The notes: generated by a model from the sequence alone, not told the origin. A stretch of DNA of 64,000 nucleotides from Verrucomicrobiota bacterium (GCA_039818205.1 JBCBUK010000005.1:160001-224000), one strand, 5' to 3'; shown: positions 30,205-41,346, numbered from the stretch's first letter. Numbers and translations are program-made.

Positions 30205-32528
30205 TGGACTGGGAAAAAACAGACAGCCAATGGATCTTTGGGTCCGGATTGCCGGGATGGGCATTAGCCGTAGTCTTAGTCATCGCGGGCGTTGTGCTTT
30301 GGAATTTCTACCGACTAACACTCGCACCGATTCCATTAATTAATCGAACAGTCCTTGGTGGACTGCGAATTACATGGATCGCACTGTTGCTCGTTTGCCT
30401 TTGGAATCCCAGTCAAGAAACGACCTTTGAGAAGACCATTGGAGAAATTCCCGCCGTTCATGTCGCGGTCGATCTATCAGCGAGCATGGGTGGCGAAGAC
30501 CCAGCAGGCGAGGCACAGTACCGGGAGACGCTCGAGGTCATTGAATCGCTTCGCGATACCCTACCGGACGACAACGCCGGCAACATAAAATGGTGGTCCG
30601 TTGGCGATTCGCTAAAGCCCTACGAAGCAACCGATTTCCCCGCACAGAGTCGAAGCGACATCAGCCGCCAGCTCAACCTATTGGCTCGCACCGGCAGCAG
30701 CGATGGACGGTCACAAGTGATCTTTCTATTGAGCGACGGGAAAGACACAAGTGACAACGAGGGTGTCGGTTGGCAATTTCCCGCAGGAACTCGCGTATTT
30801 CCCATCCTGCCCGATTGGCGGGTTCAAGATACTGCCACAGCCGGTATCTCTGCGGTTGAAGGACCCGTAGCCGTAAACATTAAAGAACGCTACCAACTGC
30901 GGGCTATCCTCGAATCCTCACGTCATGCCCAAGACCCACACGAGCTCGAGCTACGTTCCGGCGGGCAACTCATCGAAAAGAAGCCCGTTGATTTTATCGG
31001 TGGAATGACCATTGCCGAAAGCTTCACAACCATCGAAGGGGCACCGGGCCAGCGAATCTTTGAGTTTGTTTTGCGCAATCGAACGACCGGCGAAGCGGTC
31101 GATCGATTCTACCACGCAGTTACCGCCACTCAGCGAGATTCACTCCGCGTGCTGGTCCTTCAAGGCAGCCTCGATTGGGAACCCCACTACATTCGGAAGG
31201 CGGTTGCCGAGAACCCTTCAATCGAAATCGATACGGTTAGCCGGCTTAGCGAGAAAACCTACCGCGTTGAAATTGGTGAGACCGCCAAAAATGTTTCTCC
31301 CTCGGAAGCCTATCGCGCAGTCGCGAACCTCGGAGATGAATACGATGTTGTTCTACTGGCCAATGTTGGCCCGAAGCTACTCGACAGTAATTTGGAAGCA
31401 CAACTCCTTTCCCTGCTTCGCGAACGTGGTGGTGGCATCCTCTTCCTAAACGGAAATCCAGTCCAGGCGTCCGCATTCAGTGGAAGTGTTTTAGAATCAT
31501 TACTACCAGTCGTCTTCACTCCCAACCCGGAGGGCGTGGCCATTGTCGATCCCTTTGCCCGCAACTTTGTCCGCAACGTTTACCGCGGCAATCGAATGAC
31601 CTCCAACGAACATGCCTTCGTTGACCAGATGCAGGCGGACCTGCACCAACGTTTTTACACCGATCTCAAAAGCATCGAACTAACCGACGAAGCCGCGTCA
31701 TCTCAAATTTGGGCCGACAGTGGAAGCGACGGTATTGCCGCACTGCCGACTCCGCCAAAGACCTACATCTCGTATGCCCAGGTAGAAAAAGAGAAACCCG
31801 CCGCAACCGTGCTCGCAGTCCATGCGGAAGACGCTGGAGGCACTCCCCTGATGGCCGCCCAATCAATCGGCCGGGGCCGATCCGTATTTATCGGTGTTGA
31901 TAATCTTTGGCGCTGGCGCATGGAGACCGAAAGCCTGGCCCGCGGCTATGACCGCTTTTGGCAGCAGCTCTTGCTTTGGCTTGGTGAGAATGCGTCCATT
32001 GGCTCACAGGATTTGATTCTGGATGAGCCAAGATACGTTGGCGGAGAAACCGCTAACCTGACGTTTCGCTACCTGACACCCGATGGACAAGAGCCCGTGA
32101 TCGAGCTCGCCAGCAGCGTTGACTCGCGCGAATCAAAACTGCTGGAGGCCGATAGTTGGAGTACGACCACCGGACGCGGCACCGTCTCAATACCAATCAA
32201 CAATGAGAGAGGTGACGCATTGCTTGTGACACTTTCCGGGAAGCCTGGCTTTGAACCGGCCGTGGTTCTCAATCGCCGCCCAGGCACACTCGAGGAATGG
32301 TATGACGGCGTCGACCTCGACTACCTCGAAGCAATTGCGCTAGCCGGTAAGGGGCAAATCCTAAGAAGCGATGAAGTCCAAGGCATTCGCAAAATTTTCA
32401 ACGAACAAATGAAAACCATCACCCAAACGGAACGCCGCGCACTTTGGCGACAAGGATGGCTACTCCTAGCGATCATTGGCCTTTACGCGATGGAGCTTGC
32501 CCTGCGGCGCCGTTGGTTGTTATTATAA
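30204..32528 (+). CDS. Membrane protein with VWA and class I glutamine amidotransferase-like domains
   Basis: DLSASM, LLSDG, RGGGILF, GRGRS...LWRWR...FWQQLLLWL, ELALRRRWLLL C-terminus. Confidence 0.82.
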   Translation: MDWEKTDSQWIFGSGLPGWALAVVLVIAGVVLWNFYRLTLAPIPLINRTVLGGLRITWIALLLVCLWNPSQETTFEKTIGEIPAVHVAVDLSASMGGEDPAGEAQYRETLEVIESLRDTLPDDNAGNIKWWSVGDSLKPYEATDFPAQSRSDISRQLNLLARTGSSDGRSQVIFLLSDGKDTSDNEGVGWQFPAGTRVFPILPDWRVQDTATAGISAVEGPVAVNIKERYQLRAILESSRHAQDPHELELRSGGQLIEKKPVDFIGGMTIAESFTTIEGAPGQRIFEFVLRNRTTGEAVDRFYHAVTATQRDSLRVLVLQGSLDWEPHYIRKAVAENPSIEIDTVSRLSEKTYRVEIGETAKNVSPSEAYRAVANLGDEYDVVLLANVGPKLLDSNLEAQLLSLLRERGGGILFLNGNPVQASAFSGSVLESLLPVVFTPNPEGVAIVDPFARNFVRNVYRGNRMTSNEHAFVDQMQADLHQRFYTDLKSIELTDEAASSQIWADSGSDGIAALPTPPKTYISYAQVEKEKPAATVLAVHAEDAGGTPLMAAQSIGRGRSVFIGVDNLWRWRMETESLARGYDRFWQQLLLWLGENASIGSQDLILDEPRYVGGETANLTFRYLTPDGQEPVIELASSVDSRESKLLEADSWSTTTGRGTVSIPINNERGDALLVTLSGKPGFEPAVVLNRRPGTLEEWYDGVDLDYLEAIALAGKGQILRSDEVQGIRKIFNEQMKTITQTERRALWRQGWLLLAIIGLYAMELALRRRWLLL

Positions 32529-32538
32529 GGACGGTAAA

Positions 32539-33324
32539 ATGCAACGAATTAGTAGAAAGGATTTTGTAAAGAGCATGGCGATCGGTGGGGCGACGTTTCT
32601 CGGTTCCCCGTGGACGAACCAGGTATTCGCCGACCAAGGTTTAGCCAAAGAAGCTCAACGCCAAGGCTTTGGAGATCCAGAAGTTGGCAAAGGTGCGCTC
32701 ACCAATTGGGGACGATTGAAGTTCAACAGCGAACATTCCGAACAAAGTTGGCACGTCCATCCGCAAGGAGACATCAACCTGATTGGCGAGATCAACTTTG
32801 ACCTTTCCACCAATGTCTCCGAAACATGGTATGTCGCCGATGTGGCTCACCTCGACCAAATGACCAAGTTTCCACTCTTGTTCATGCACTCGGAGTCACC
32901 GCCAGTTTTAACCGCGGCCGAGATGGACAATTTGCGCGAGTACTTGTTGCGCGGCGGTTTTCTCTATGCCGAAGACTGCGTGATCGGCTACCAAAGCCAT
33001 CGCAGCCGCTCGAATAATAACGACTTTTTCTTTCGCCGAATGGCACAGGTGCTCCCGCAGCTGTTACCCGAAGCGCAATTTGTGCGCCTGCCATTGGATC
33101 ACCCGATCTACAGCTCCTACTATTCCCTAACTCAAGGGCAACCGCACATGCAAGGCACCGAACACGGTGGCCATGGTCTGATCCATCAAGGTCGACTACT
33201 AGCCTACCTCAGCCCATCGGATGCCCATTGTGCTTGGAGCAATGAACAATGGTTTTCGCGGTCGAAGACTCAAAGCGCCCTCAAGATGGGCGTGAACGTC
33301 TATCTATTCGCCATGATGCAATAG
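32539..33324 (+). CDS. DUF4159 family protein with Tat-like signal
   Basis: SRKDFVK leader, FPLLFMH, LREYLLRGGFLYAED, DHPIY, ALKMGVNVYLFAM; start at ATG 32539. Confidence 0.85.
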   Translation: MQRISRKDFVKSMAIGGATFLGSPWTNQVFADQGLAKEAQRQGFGDPEVGKGALTNWGRLKFNSEHSEQSWHVHPQGDINLIGEINFDLSTNVSETWYVADVAHLDQMTKFPLLFMHSESPPVLTAAEMDNLREYLLRGGFLYAEDCVIGYQSHRSRSNNNDFFFRRMAQVLPQLLPEAQFVRLPLDHPIYSSYYSLTQGQPHMQGTEHGGHGLIHQGRLLAYLSPSDAHCAWSNEQWFSRSKTQSALKMGVNVYLFAMMQ

Positions 33325-33369
33325 GCAGGGCTTGGCTTACGGGAAACGAGGGGTAACTCGCGCGCCGAA

Positions 33370-34362
33370 TCACTCGACTTTGGTGCGGTCGCGAAACTGC
33401 TGCGGAGTCATACCGAACTGCTTGCGGAAACAGTTCGCAAAATACTGGCTACTACCGAAGCCCACCGCCATTGCGATATCGGTGATGGACGTTTCCGCTC
33501 GTTGGCTCAAGAGTGTCCGTGCATGGTTTAGACGAGTGCGCCCCAGCAACTCAGCGGGTGTCGCGTTAAAGATATGTCGACAAGACGTCGTTAGGTAGCT
33601 CTTGCCCACCCGACAGGCCTTCGCCATTTCCGCAACGGACCACGGCTCCGCCGCTTTATCGATACTTGATTCCAGGCCCTGAAAAAACTGGCGGATGGTT
33701 TGGTCAAAACCACTGGAGTCCTGGCTTGTCTCATCGATGCCCTCGGACAAACGCTCCACGATGGCTAGGAGCAAGGCATTGATACTGCAGGCCAATTGCG
33801 CGACCACCATGGGACCATCATCGGCCATTCGTTCACACGTCTGCTCCATAAACGGGCGCAGCTGGTGCCCTCGATCGCTTAGATGGGGGCATTGGTTCTT
33901 GCGAAACACCCGCAACAACTCACGGCGCGAACGGACATCCGGGCCAATCCAATCGGCGAAGTCCCAAGTGCTTCGTTCATCATGCGCTTCGACATCGAGG
34001 ATCATCCAAAACAATTTGCTCGGGCGGATGTTCGGATCGCCCAGGCGGTGACGTTGCCAAGGGCGGGTAATCGTGATGTCCCCGGCCCGCAGGTTCCATT
34101 CACCAAAGTCCGTCGCAAAGCTGGATTCTCCACTTAGGAGATAACAAATTTCGATCCCCTCATTTCGATGCATGGGCAAACCCCAAGACTGCGGACCAAC
34201 CGCATCCCAGTAGCCTATAGTACGCAAACCTGGGAGCGCGTTCTTTGGAATGCGAGCTCCCGGATAGCTCCCACGGCTGCGGGCGGCCAAGGTAACCTCC
34301 CCGCGCTCGACGGCGTCAATGAGCGGATCACAGTTATCGGGTTCTAATTGGGCCTTAGCCAT
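33370..34362 (-). CDS. AraC family transcriptional regulator (cupin + HTH)
   Basis: HRNEGIEICY cupin; SITDIAMAVGFGSSQYFANCFRKQFGMTPQQFR; start at ATG 34362 avoids overlap with the divergent gene. Confidence 0.9.
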   Translation of the reverse strand: MAKAQLEPDNCDPLIDAVERGEVTLAARSRGSYPGARIPKNALPGLRTIGYWDAVGPQSWGLPMHRNEGIEICYLLSGESSFATDFGEWNLRAGDITITRPWQRHRLGDPNIRPSKLFWMILDVEAHDERSTWDFADWIGPDVRSRRELLRVFRKNQCPHLSDRGHQLRPFMEQTCERMADDGPMVVAQLACSINALLLAIVERLSEGIDETSQDSSGFDQTIRQFFQGLESSIDKAAEPWSVAEMAKACRVGKSYLTTSCRHIFNATPAELLGRTRLNHARTLLSQRAETSITDIAMAVGFGSSQYFANCFRKQFGMTPQQFRDRTKVE

Positions 34363-34429
34363 ACGTGTGTAAAATAATCCACGGACAAACCTGAACGCAA
34401 ATCGTTTTCCAATTTGGTATGATTGTGTC

Positions 34430-35275
34430 GTGATTAAGATAGGTTGTTTTGCCCTCATTAGCCCTTTTAGCAAACTGGAAACTCAGTTCGCCCAAATTCG
34501 TGCAATGGGATTCGATTATGCGGATCTCACTGATAGCCATGATGGTGCACTACTTGGAAACGAGTTCGGATTTACCGCGGCGGCGAGCCTGGATTCCCAT
34601 CCCGCGCGGGTTCGATCGATCGTGGAGCAGCATCAGCTATCGCTGACAGCGGTTTGCGCTCATGCCAACCTTCTGGACCCGACGTCACCGGACACCTTTG
34701 GAACGGCACAGATCATCAAAGCGATCCGTCTGGCCAAGGACCTCGGGGTCAAGCAAGTCATTACCACTGAGGGAGATCCCAAGACGGACTTCGGCCATGA
34801 CCTAACGCACGATGAGCGCATTTATACGATCAGCGACAAGCTCTACTGGCCGATTAAGTGGGCAAATGAGCTCGGTATTGAGCTGCTCATCGAACCGCAT
34901 GGCATCATCACTGACAGCGTAGAGGCAACCGATGAATTACTGGAGCGTCTGGGAAACCCGGAGACCGTCGGGCTCAATTTGGACACCGGCAACCTCTGGC
35001 TCGGCGGCGGCGACAACTTGGAATACATTGAGCGTTTCGGTCCTCGAATCAAACACGTGCACTGGAAAGACCTTGGCGACGAGTGGTCACCCAAGCGGGG
35101 ACAACAGTTTGGCTGCGGTATGGGAAACATTCCCCTCGGCCAGGGTGTCATCGGTTTAGAAGAAATCGCCCTCGAACTGAAGAAGCTTGGCTTTGATGGT
35201 CCGACGACCCTGGAGGTTTTTGGTGAAGAAAACGTCACGGCCTCCGCAGAAAAACTGCGGCAGTGGTTCTCATAA
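34430..35275 (+). CDS. Sugar phosphate isomerase/epimerase (xylose isomerase-like TIM barrel, IolE-like)
   Basis: IEPHG, NLDTGN, HVHWKD, TLEV metal-ligand pattern. Confidence 0.88.
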   Translation: MIKIGCFALISPFSKLETQFAQIRAMGFDYADLTDSHDGALLGNEFGFTAAASLDSHPARVRSIVEQHQLSLTAVCAHANLLDPTSPDTFGTAQIIKAIRLAKDLGVKQVITTEGDPKTDFGHDLTHDERIYTISDKLYWPIKWANELGIELLIEPHGIITDSVEATDELLERLGNPETVGLNLDTGNLWLGGGDNLEYIERFGPRIKHVHWKDLGDEWSPKRGQQFGCGMGNIPLGQGVIGLEEIALELKKLGFDGPTTLEVFGEENVTASAEKLRQWFS

Positions 35276-35300
35276 CTTTAAACAATCGAAAAGCATACCC

Positions 35301-36626
35301 ATGAATACAAAGCGATCTCGGAGAGACTTCCTCAAGACAACCCTCGGTGCAACTGCCCTAATCGGGTTTCCAACGATCATCCCGGCGAGTGCACTGGGTA
35401 AGAATGGAACCGTTGCACCGAGTAACCGAGTAACCGTTGCCGTAATCGGTTGCGGTGACCGATCGAAATCCTGCTGGGCATACAAGAACTATGACAAGGC
35501 GGAGATTCTCGCCGTTTGCGATCCCTTTGCCAAGCGCCGCATAGAACGCGCCAAAGAATGGGGCGTGCAGGACCACTACGAAGATTTTCGCGATGTGCTG
35601 GCCCGGGACGATATCGATGCGGTGCACATCGTAACCCAGGATCATTGGCATGTGCCCATATCACTTGCAGCAGCCCGTGCGGGAAAGGATGTCTATTGCG
35701 AAAAGCCCTTGGGTTTAACCATCGAAGAAGACCTGACTGCACGTGAAATCGTAGACAAGTACGGTCGCGTGTTTCAATACGGCACCCAACAACGGTCCAC
35801 ACAAGTATGCCGTATGCCGATCGAGCTCGTCCTCAATGGACACATTGGCGAAGTAAAGGAGATCGTTGTCTGGGCTCCAGGTGGAGCCACCGGCGGCAAC
35901 GCCACCCCGGCTCCAATCCCCGAAGGACTCAACTATGACCTTTGGTTGGGACCCGCTCCTGATGCCCCCTATACCCATGATCGTGTCGAGGGTAAGGGGT
36001 GTTGGTTTTGCTACGACTATGCCATCGGCTTTATTGCCGGATGGGGAGCCCACCCACTTGACCAGCTTCAATGGTGGGCCGATGCCGAGAACCGAGGCAT
36101 TCCCGTGGAATATCGTGGAAAAGGAAATATCCCCACCGGAGGTCTTTTTGACACAATCAACTCTTGGGATGTCGAATCCGCTTACGCCGATGGCTTGAAG
36201 ATGCGGTTCATGGACACGGGCACCGTCCGTGGCCCCAACAGCCCCGTCGATCTCGACAAATTTGGCGCCGCCGATGCTGGCAACTGCACTCTCTTTATGG
36301 GCACCGAAGGATGGGTCTGGGTTTCCCGCGGCGTGTTTAAAACCTCCTCTGACGCACTCCGCCGCAAAGCCAAAGATCCAGGCGACATTCGCCTCCCCGT
36401 GAGCAAGCAACACATGGCCAATTTTGTGGACTGCGTCCTCACCCGTGAGCAACCAGTCTCCTCTTTGGAATCCGGAATCAAATCTGACATCATCAGCCAA
36501 ATGGGCGACATCTGTATCCGAACAGGCGAAACGGTTTCTTGGGACCCGGTAAAAGAAACCGTTGTCGGTAGCGATCAAGCAGTCAGCATGATGCACCGTC
36601 CAATGCGGGCACCGTGGACTCTATAG
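35301..36626 (+). CDS. Tat-exported Gfo/Idh/MocA family oxidoreductase
   Basis: SRRDFLK, VIGCG, DHWH, DVYCEKP, WLGPAP, WGAH. Confidence 0.92.
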   Translation: MNTKRSRRDFLKTTLGATALIGFPTIIPASALGKNGTVAPSNRVTVAVIGCGDRSKSCWAYKNYDKAEILAVCDPFAKRRIERAKEWGVQDHYEDFRDVLARDDIDAVHIVTQDHWHVPISLAAARAGKDVYCEKPLGLTIEEDLTAREIVDKYGRVFQYGTQQRSTQVCRMPIELVLNGHIGEVKEIVVWAPGGATGGNATPAPIPEGLNYDLWLGPAPDAPYTHDRVEGKGCWFCYDYAIGFIAGWGAHPLDQLQWWADAENRGIPVEYRGKGNIPTGGLFDTINSWDVESAYADGLKMRFMDTGTVRGPNSPVDLDKFGAADAGNCTLFMGTEGWVWVSRGVFKTSSDALRRKAKDPGDIRLPVSKQHMANFVDCVLTREQPVSSLESGIKSDIISQMGDICIRTGETVSWDPVKETVVGSDQAVSMMHRPMRAPWTL

Positions 36627-36627
36627 A

Positions 36628-38214
36628 ATGAACCTTTTAATCAGGCTAGCGACCACCGTTCTGGCAATCGCTCACACGAGCACAGCCTGGGCGGTGGACT
36701 ACGAGCTCTCCGACAATGCAACATCAGCCAGCGTTGCCGGAGAGACACTTTGGACCCTCAACCACGATCCGGCTGAGGGTAAACCCTACTTTCACCCACT
36801 CGCAGCCACCAACGGAACGGTGTTTAGTGCCCTGCGGCCAGAGGACCACCCCTGGCACCGCGGCCTCTGGTTTTCCTGGAAGTATCTCAATGGCATTAAT
36901 TACTGGGAAGAGAACCGCGAAACCGGTCGATCCGTGGGCGGTTCCACTCGCCTGATCTCAACCGAACAGGCGGTCGATGACAAACAATCGATCTCCATTA
37001 CACAAATCCTGGAATATGCTCCCACGACCGATGCGCCAGCGATCCTTGACGAAGCCCGCGTGATTTCGGTCTCAGCTCCCGATAAGCAAGGAGCCTATTT
37101 CATCGACTGGCAATCTGAGTTCACCGCACGTGGCGAAGACGTACTGATCGACCGAACACCGATTATCGGTGAACCCAACGGCAAGCCATTTGGTGGTTAC
37201 GCCGGCCTGTCCGTTCGCATGAATCACGAGATGCGCCAAGGGACCTTCACTTCAAGCAATGGATCCATCGGCAAAGCAAACCATGGCCAGGTGTCGCCAT
37301 GGATCGCGTACGGGAACGCTCAAGGACCCAGCCTTCTGTTCATGGATCACCCAGACAACTTGCGCCATCCATCGCATTGGTATGTCAGCCCCGGCATGCC
37401 GTATTTCAGCCCGGCGCCCGTGTTTAACTCTCCCTATGAACTGAATGCGGGAGAGACCTTGAACTTAAACTATCGAGTATTGATCAGCCCACAACCGATG
37501 AGCAGCGAAAAAGCAAACCAAGCCTGGGAGAATTGGGCGCGCCAAAGTGCCGCAAAGAAAACAACGGTCGCAATCCTAACCGGTTCAAACAACCATGCCT
37601 GGGAGAAAACAACGGTGGTACTGACCGAAATTCTAGAAAACTCGGATTCGTGCCAAGTGGAAGTCATTTTAGATCCAGAAGAACTCACCTCGGAGAAGTT
37701 ATCCGAGTTCGACGTCTTGCTTAGCAACTGGAATGCCTTTGGGAAGAAAACCCAAGCAGGTCCCTGGAGCGAAAAACTCAAGCAAGCCTACCTCGACTAC
37801 GTTCGTAATGGCGGTGGACACGTCGTTGTGCATGCCGGATCGGCCTCCCATTATGGCTGGGAAGACTACCATCGCGTTGCATTGGCCACTTGGGGTAAGG
37901 GAACCGGCCACAAAGAGAAACATGAGTTTCCGGTCCGAATGGTAGACAAAAGCCATCCAGCAATTCAAGGCATTGAAGACTTTAGGATTCACGATGAACT
38001 GTGGTTCCGGCCGGTCGTTCAGGACGATGCGACCGTTCTTGCAGAGGTCTATTCGAAGACTACGGGCGAATGGGAGCCGACCGTTTTTGTCGGCCAGTTT
38101 GGCGAGGGCCGCACCTACACTATTTTACTGGGCGACAATGCTTGGAGCATGAAAAACGGCGGCTTTCAGAGCTTGCTGACCCAGGGGGTAATCTGGGCAG
38201 GAAACAACCGATAG
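36628..38214 (+). CDS. Secreted PmoA-like (DUF6807-type) domain fused to ThuA-like domain
   Basis: KPYFHPL, DHPWHRGLWF, GGYAGLSVR, DHPDNLRHP; C-terminal NNHAW, GGGHVVVH, DELW, GEGRTYTILLG. Confidence 0.8.
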   Translation: MNLLIRLATTVLAIAHTSTAWAVDYELSDNATSASVAGETLWTLNHDPAEGKPYFHPLAATNGTVFSALRPEDHPWHRGLWFSWKYLNGINYWEENRETGRSVGGSTRLISTEQAVDDKQSISITQILEYAPTTDAPAILDEARVISVSAPDKQGAYFIDWQSEFTARGEDVLIDRTPIIGEPNGKPFGGYAGLSVRMNHEMRQGTFTSSNGSIGKANHGQVSPWIAYGNAQGPSLLFMDHPDNLRHPSHWYVSPGMPYFSPAPVFNSPYELNAGETLNLNYRVLISPQPMSSEKANQAWENWARQSAAKKTTVAILTGSNNHAWEKTTVVLTEILENSDSCQVEVILDPEELTSEKLSEFDVLLSNWNAFGKKTQAGPWSEKLKQAYLDYVRNGGGHVVVHAGSASHYGWEDYHRVALATWGKGTGHKEKHEFPVRMVDKSHPAIQGIEDFRIHDELWFRPVVQDDATVLAEVYSKTTGEWEPTVFVGQFGEGRTYTILLGDNAWSMKNGGFQSLLTQGVIWAGNNR

Positions 38215-38511
38215 GGCGCACAACGACGGCTTGAAACAAGCAAGTCTCACCCGTATGCCAAAACTGCAACATTCCATTTTATACATTAAATCAGAAAACT
38301 CAGGCAGACCAAAAAATACATAAACAAGCCCTTTATATGCATAAATAAAGCCGTATTGGGGTTTTTACATATTTTTACTAAAGAACAAAATTTACATATT
38401 TAGGCAGAAGGTTCTAGATGCTCCCCGAGAATCAAATCTCATTCCGTGAGCAACTAGCAAGGTTCACAAAAACCGTTCTTTTCCGAAATAGTGTTAATTT
38501 AGTTCAATACA

Positions 38512-41346
38512 ATGGAACATAAGATATGTCTTCTTAGCCCCCTAAGATTGTTACCATTTGTTTTCTGCTTGCTCTCTACCATACTGTCAATTTCACCGTC
38601 GATCCGAGCCGAAGTCGTCGACGTTGATGTTAATCTGAACATCCGTCACGATGTTGGCGGCATCGACCAGTTTGATCGCGAAAAATACATCCAGATTCAC
38701 GATGGAGCAGCGTTCGATGAGAACTGGGACCTGAACGCACCGGGAACCCAATTTCTCGAAGAGTACGACGTCTACGTGGGTCGCAACATGGGCGCTTTCC
38801 CATACAACCTGTCGCAGATTGCGGAGGATCCCAATAACCCGGGCTGGGTTGATCCTACCAGCGTCGCAGCGATTGGAACCACGCGCAAGGCGAACTACGC
38901 GAAAGACACCGCGCGGCACGCCTTGGAACATCGTGCTAATATTGTTTTTGGCGGGCAAATGCCGATGTACCCGAATGGCCAGATCAATGGTGATGGATGG
39001 GCTCTCGCAGACTACGACGCATTCGCCGACTACATTTCGCGGATCTTCACGGAGTCATTCGGTACTGGTGGCCTAACCGGCGAACCCAAACCTCAAATCC
39101 TTGAGGTCCTAAACGAACCATTCGTAAAGGCCACCCAGTATGGTACGACACGGGCCAATATCTCGGAACTGCACCGCGTCGTTGCGCTAAAAATGAAAAC
39201 GGATCACCCGGATGTTCTCGTCGGCGGTTACAGCGCGGCTCACCCGGAATACGAAGGCAACAATTTTGTCCACTGGGAAAACAACTGGAAGACCTTCATC
39301 GATATTGCAGGCGAACACATGGACTACTTTTCACTGCACCTGTATGATAACTATCAAGGCAGCTCTGAGACGTTTTACTACGAGCCAATCTACCGCAGCG
39401 GCAGCAACATCGAGGCAATCCTCGATATGGTCGAGCAGTACAGCTTCATCGCGCTGAGTGAGGTCAAACCGTTCAACATTACCGAGTATGGGGCACTGCC
39501 CTATTCTGGCGACCATCCCTATGCAAAAACCCATGACTGGCCGCACCTCGCAGCATTCAACAAGATCATGATGCAGCTACTCGAGCGACCCGATCGCATT
39601 ATGCAAGCCATCCCTTTCATTGTTCTGAGCGCCGAGTGGGGGCGCAACCAGGTGAGTGGCAATCCATACGGACCACGCCTCATTCGCCAACAGTTTGAAG
39701 TTCCGGGAGAAACCGGCAACGCCTGGGTGTTCACCGAGTTTGTAAAGTTCTACGAGATGTGGCGGGGCGTTAACGGGACTCGAGTCGAGACCTATGCCAC
39801 CGATCCCGACCTTCAGGTCGATGCCTACGTTGATGGCAATGAGGTCTACGTCATCCTAAACTCATTGGATCATATGGGCATTCAAACCGTGGACCTGAAC
39901 CTATTCGGAACAAGGGCAAATCGAATCCAATCCATCGATGTAAAACACCTCTACGCGAATGCTATTGGGGAACCCATCATTGACCAAACCACGGTCGACA
40001 CGGTTACGGAAGTAACCCTGCAGCCTTCCGCCACAATGATTTTGAAATATACCTTCGACGGTGCGATTTTGCAGAACCAGACATGCTCGGAGTCCAAATA
40101 CTATGCGACCACCTATCTCGCTCCGATTACCGCCGACACACCAATCGTTGTAAACATCAACGACGTGACGACCACGACACTGGATGGAGAAGTCGTACTC
40201 CGCGTTGGCATGGGACGCGACCACGGCAGCAGCCTCCAACCAACAATCCTATTTAATGGAACACCGGTTGAGGTGCCGCTTGATTGGCGGGGCGCAGACC
40301 AATCGACCCGCAACCAGTTCTTTGGGGTACTCGAGATCCCGGTCCCCTATGAATCACTGCAAACAAACAACTCAGTCTCGATTCAATTCCCCGACACTGG
40401 AGGCCACATTAGCAGCGTCTCGATTCAGGTTTTCGAATTCAGTGCACCCATTGAGCGCACCCTGGAGCCAGCCCTTCCAATTACAACCTTCGAGTTCAGC
40501 CCACCAAACAACCTTCAATTGGGTGTCGCCGATGGACTGCCTGATGGATACTTCGCGATTGAGACGACGAACAACCTCAACGCCCCGTGGACGCTTCACA
40601 GCGAAGGCCTCGACCTCGATGCTCAGGGAAATGGCTCGACCCAAATCTCGGTTAGCGACAACCGCTGGTTTCTCCGTGTCCGCGAAAGTGGCCCAGCGCC
40701 AATTCCCACCACAGGATTCAGCATCTTCCCGAACTCCGATATCGTTGGCGTCGGTGGCTTCCACCACCCGCTACCGCAGTTCCTCCCAATCACTGCGACC
40801 AATAAAAACCTCCAGTGGGTGAGTAGCGATCCGTCGGTCGCTTCAGTCGCTCCCAATGGGTGGGTCGTTGGCCTCGAAGCCGGGAGCACGACCATTACCG
40901 CAACTACCCAAGACGGCGGGTTCAATGGAAGCTACACGCTGACGGTTGGCTCAAGCACACCATCGATCAATTTCGACAGCCGAAACAATTATACTAACCA
41001 AGTATTTCATCCGGGTGGCCAGCTTACCGTCCGTTGCCAGTACGATGCAGGCGAAGGCTTTTCGGTGACCGATACGGCGGGTGGCATCAAATACTTCCTA
41101 CGCGAAGTACGCAGCGATTGGTCGGTGGCAAATGACTACGTTGTGGATGATCCATCGGTAATCGGGACGCAAGCAGGAGCCTCTACCGCTACGATCCCCC
41201 TACCCCTTGACCTACCGCTAACCGCGGACCTGCCAGACGGAAACTTCTACTTCTTGTTCATCCTGTTCCACAACGATGATCCAATGGCGACGTCAACGGT
41301 GAACATTGGGGTCCGGCCAATCATTATTGCCGATCCAGAAGTATAG
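38512..41346 (+). CDS. GH86-like beta-agarase/beta-porphyranase with Big_2 Ig-like and further C-terminal modules
   Basis: FDREKYIQIH, YDVYVGR, EVLNEP (acid/base), FSLHLYD, RSGSNIEAILDM, ITEYG (nucleophile), FFGVLEIPVP; WVSSDPSVASV...ITATTQDGG Big_2. Confidence 0.85.
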   Translation: MEHKICLLSPLRLLPFVFCLLSTILSISPSIRAEVVDVDVNLNIRHDVGGIDQFDREKYIQIHDGAAFDENWDLNAPGTQFLEEYDVYVGRNMGAFPYNLSQIAEDPNNPGWVDPTSVAAIGTTRKANYAKDTARHALEHRANIVFGGQMPMYPNGQINGDGWALADYDAFADYISRIFTESFGTGGLTGEPKPQILEVLNEPFVKATQYGTTRANISELHRVVALKMKTDHPDVLVGGYSAAHPEYEGNNFVHWENNWKTFIDIAGEHMDYFSLHLYDNYQGSSETFYYEPIYRSGSNIEAILDMVEQYSFIALSEVKPFNITEYGALPYSGDHPYAKTHDWPHLAAFNKIMMQLLERPDRIMQAIPFIVLSAEWGRNQVSGNPYGPRLIRQQFEVPGETGNAWVFTEFVKFYEMWRGVNGTRVETYATDPDLQVDAYVDGNEVYVILNSLDHMGIQTVDLNLFGTRANRIQSIDVKHLYANAIGEPIIDQTTVDTVTEVTLQPSATMILKYTFDGAILQNQTCSESKYYATTYLAPITADTPIVVNINDVTTTTLDGEVVLRVGMGRDHGSSLQPTILFNGTPVEVPLDWRGADQSTRNQFFGVLEIPVPYESLQTNNSVSIQFPDTGGHISSVSIQVFEFSAPIERTLEPALPITTFEFSPPNNLQLGVADGLPDGYFAIETTNNLNAPWTLHSEGLDLDAQGNGSTQISVSDNRWFLRVRESGPAPIPTTGFSIFPNSDIVGVGGFHHPLPQFLPITATNKNLQWVSSDPSVASVAPNGWVVGLEAGSTTITATTQDGGFNGSYTLTVGSSTPSINFDSRNNYTNQVFHPGGQLTVRCQYDAGEGFSVTDTAGGIKYFLREVRSDWSVANDYVVDDPSVIGTQAGASTATIPLPLDLPLTADLPDGNFYFLFILFHNDDPMATSTVNIGVRPIIIADPEV

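Noticed and set aside
35715..36596. Long antisense ORF (293 aa), and similar ones at 5299..5958, 42866..43573, 45015..45767 and 54079..54756
   Set aside because: They lie opposite well-supported genes and carry no recognisable motifs; typical shadow ORFs
36628..38214. Particulate methane monooxygenase
   Set aside because: The PmoA family label for this soluble domain is a misnomer here; no TM helices and no pmoB/pmoC
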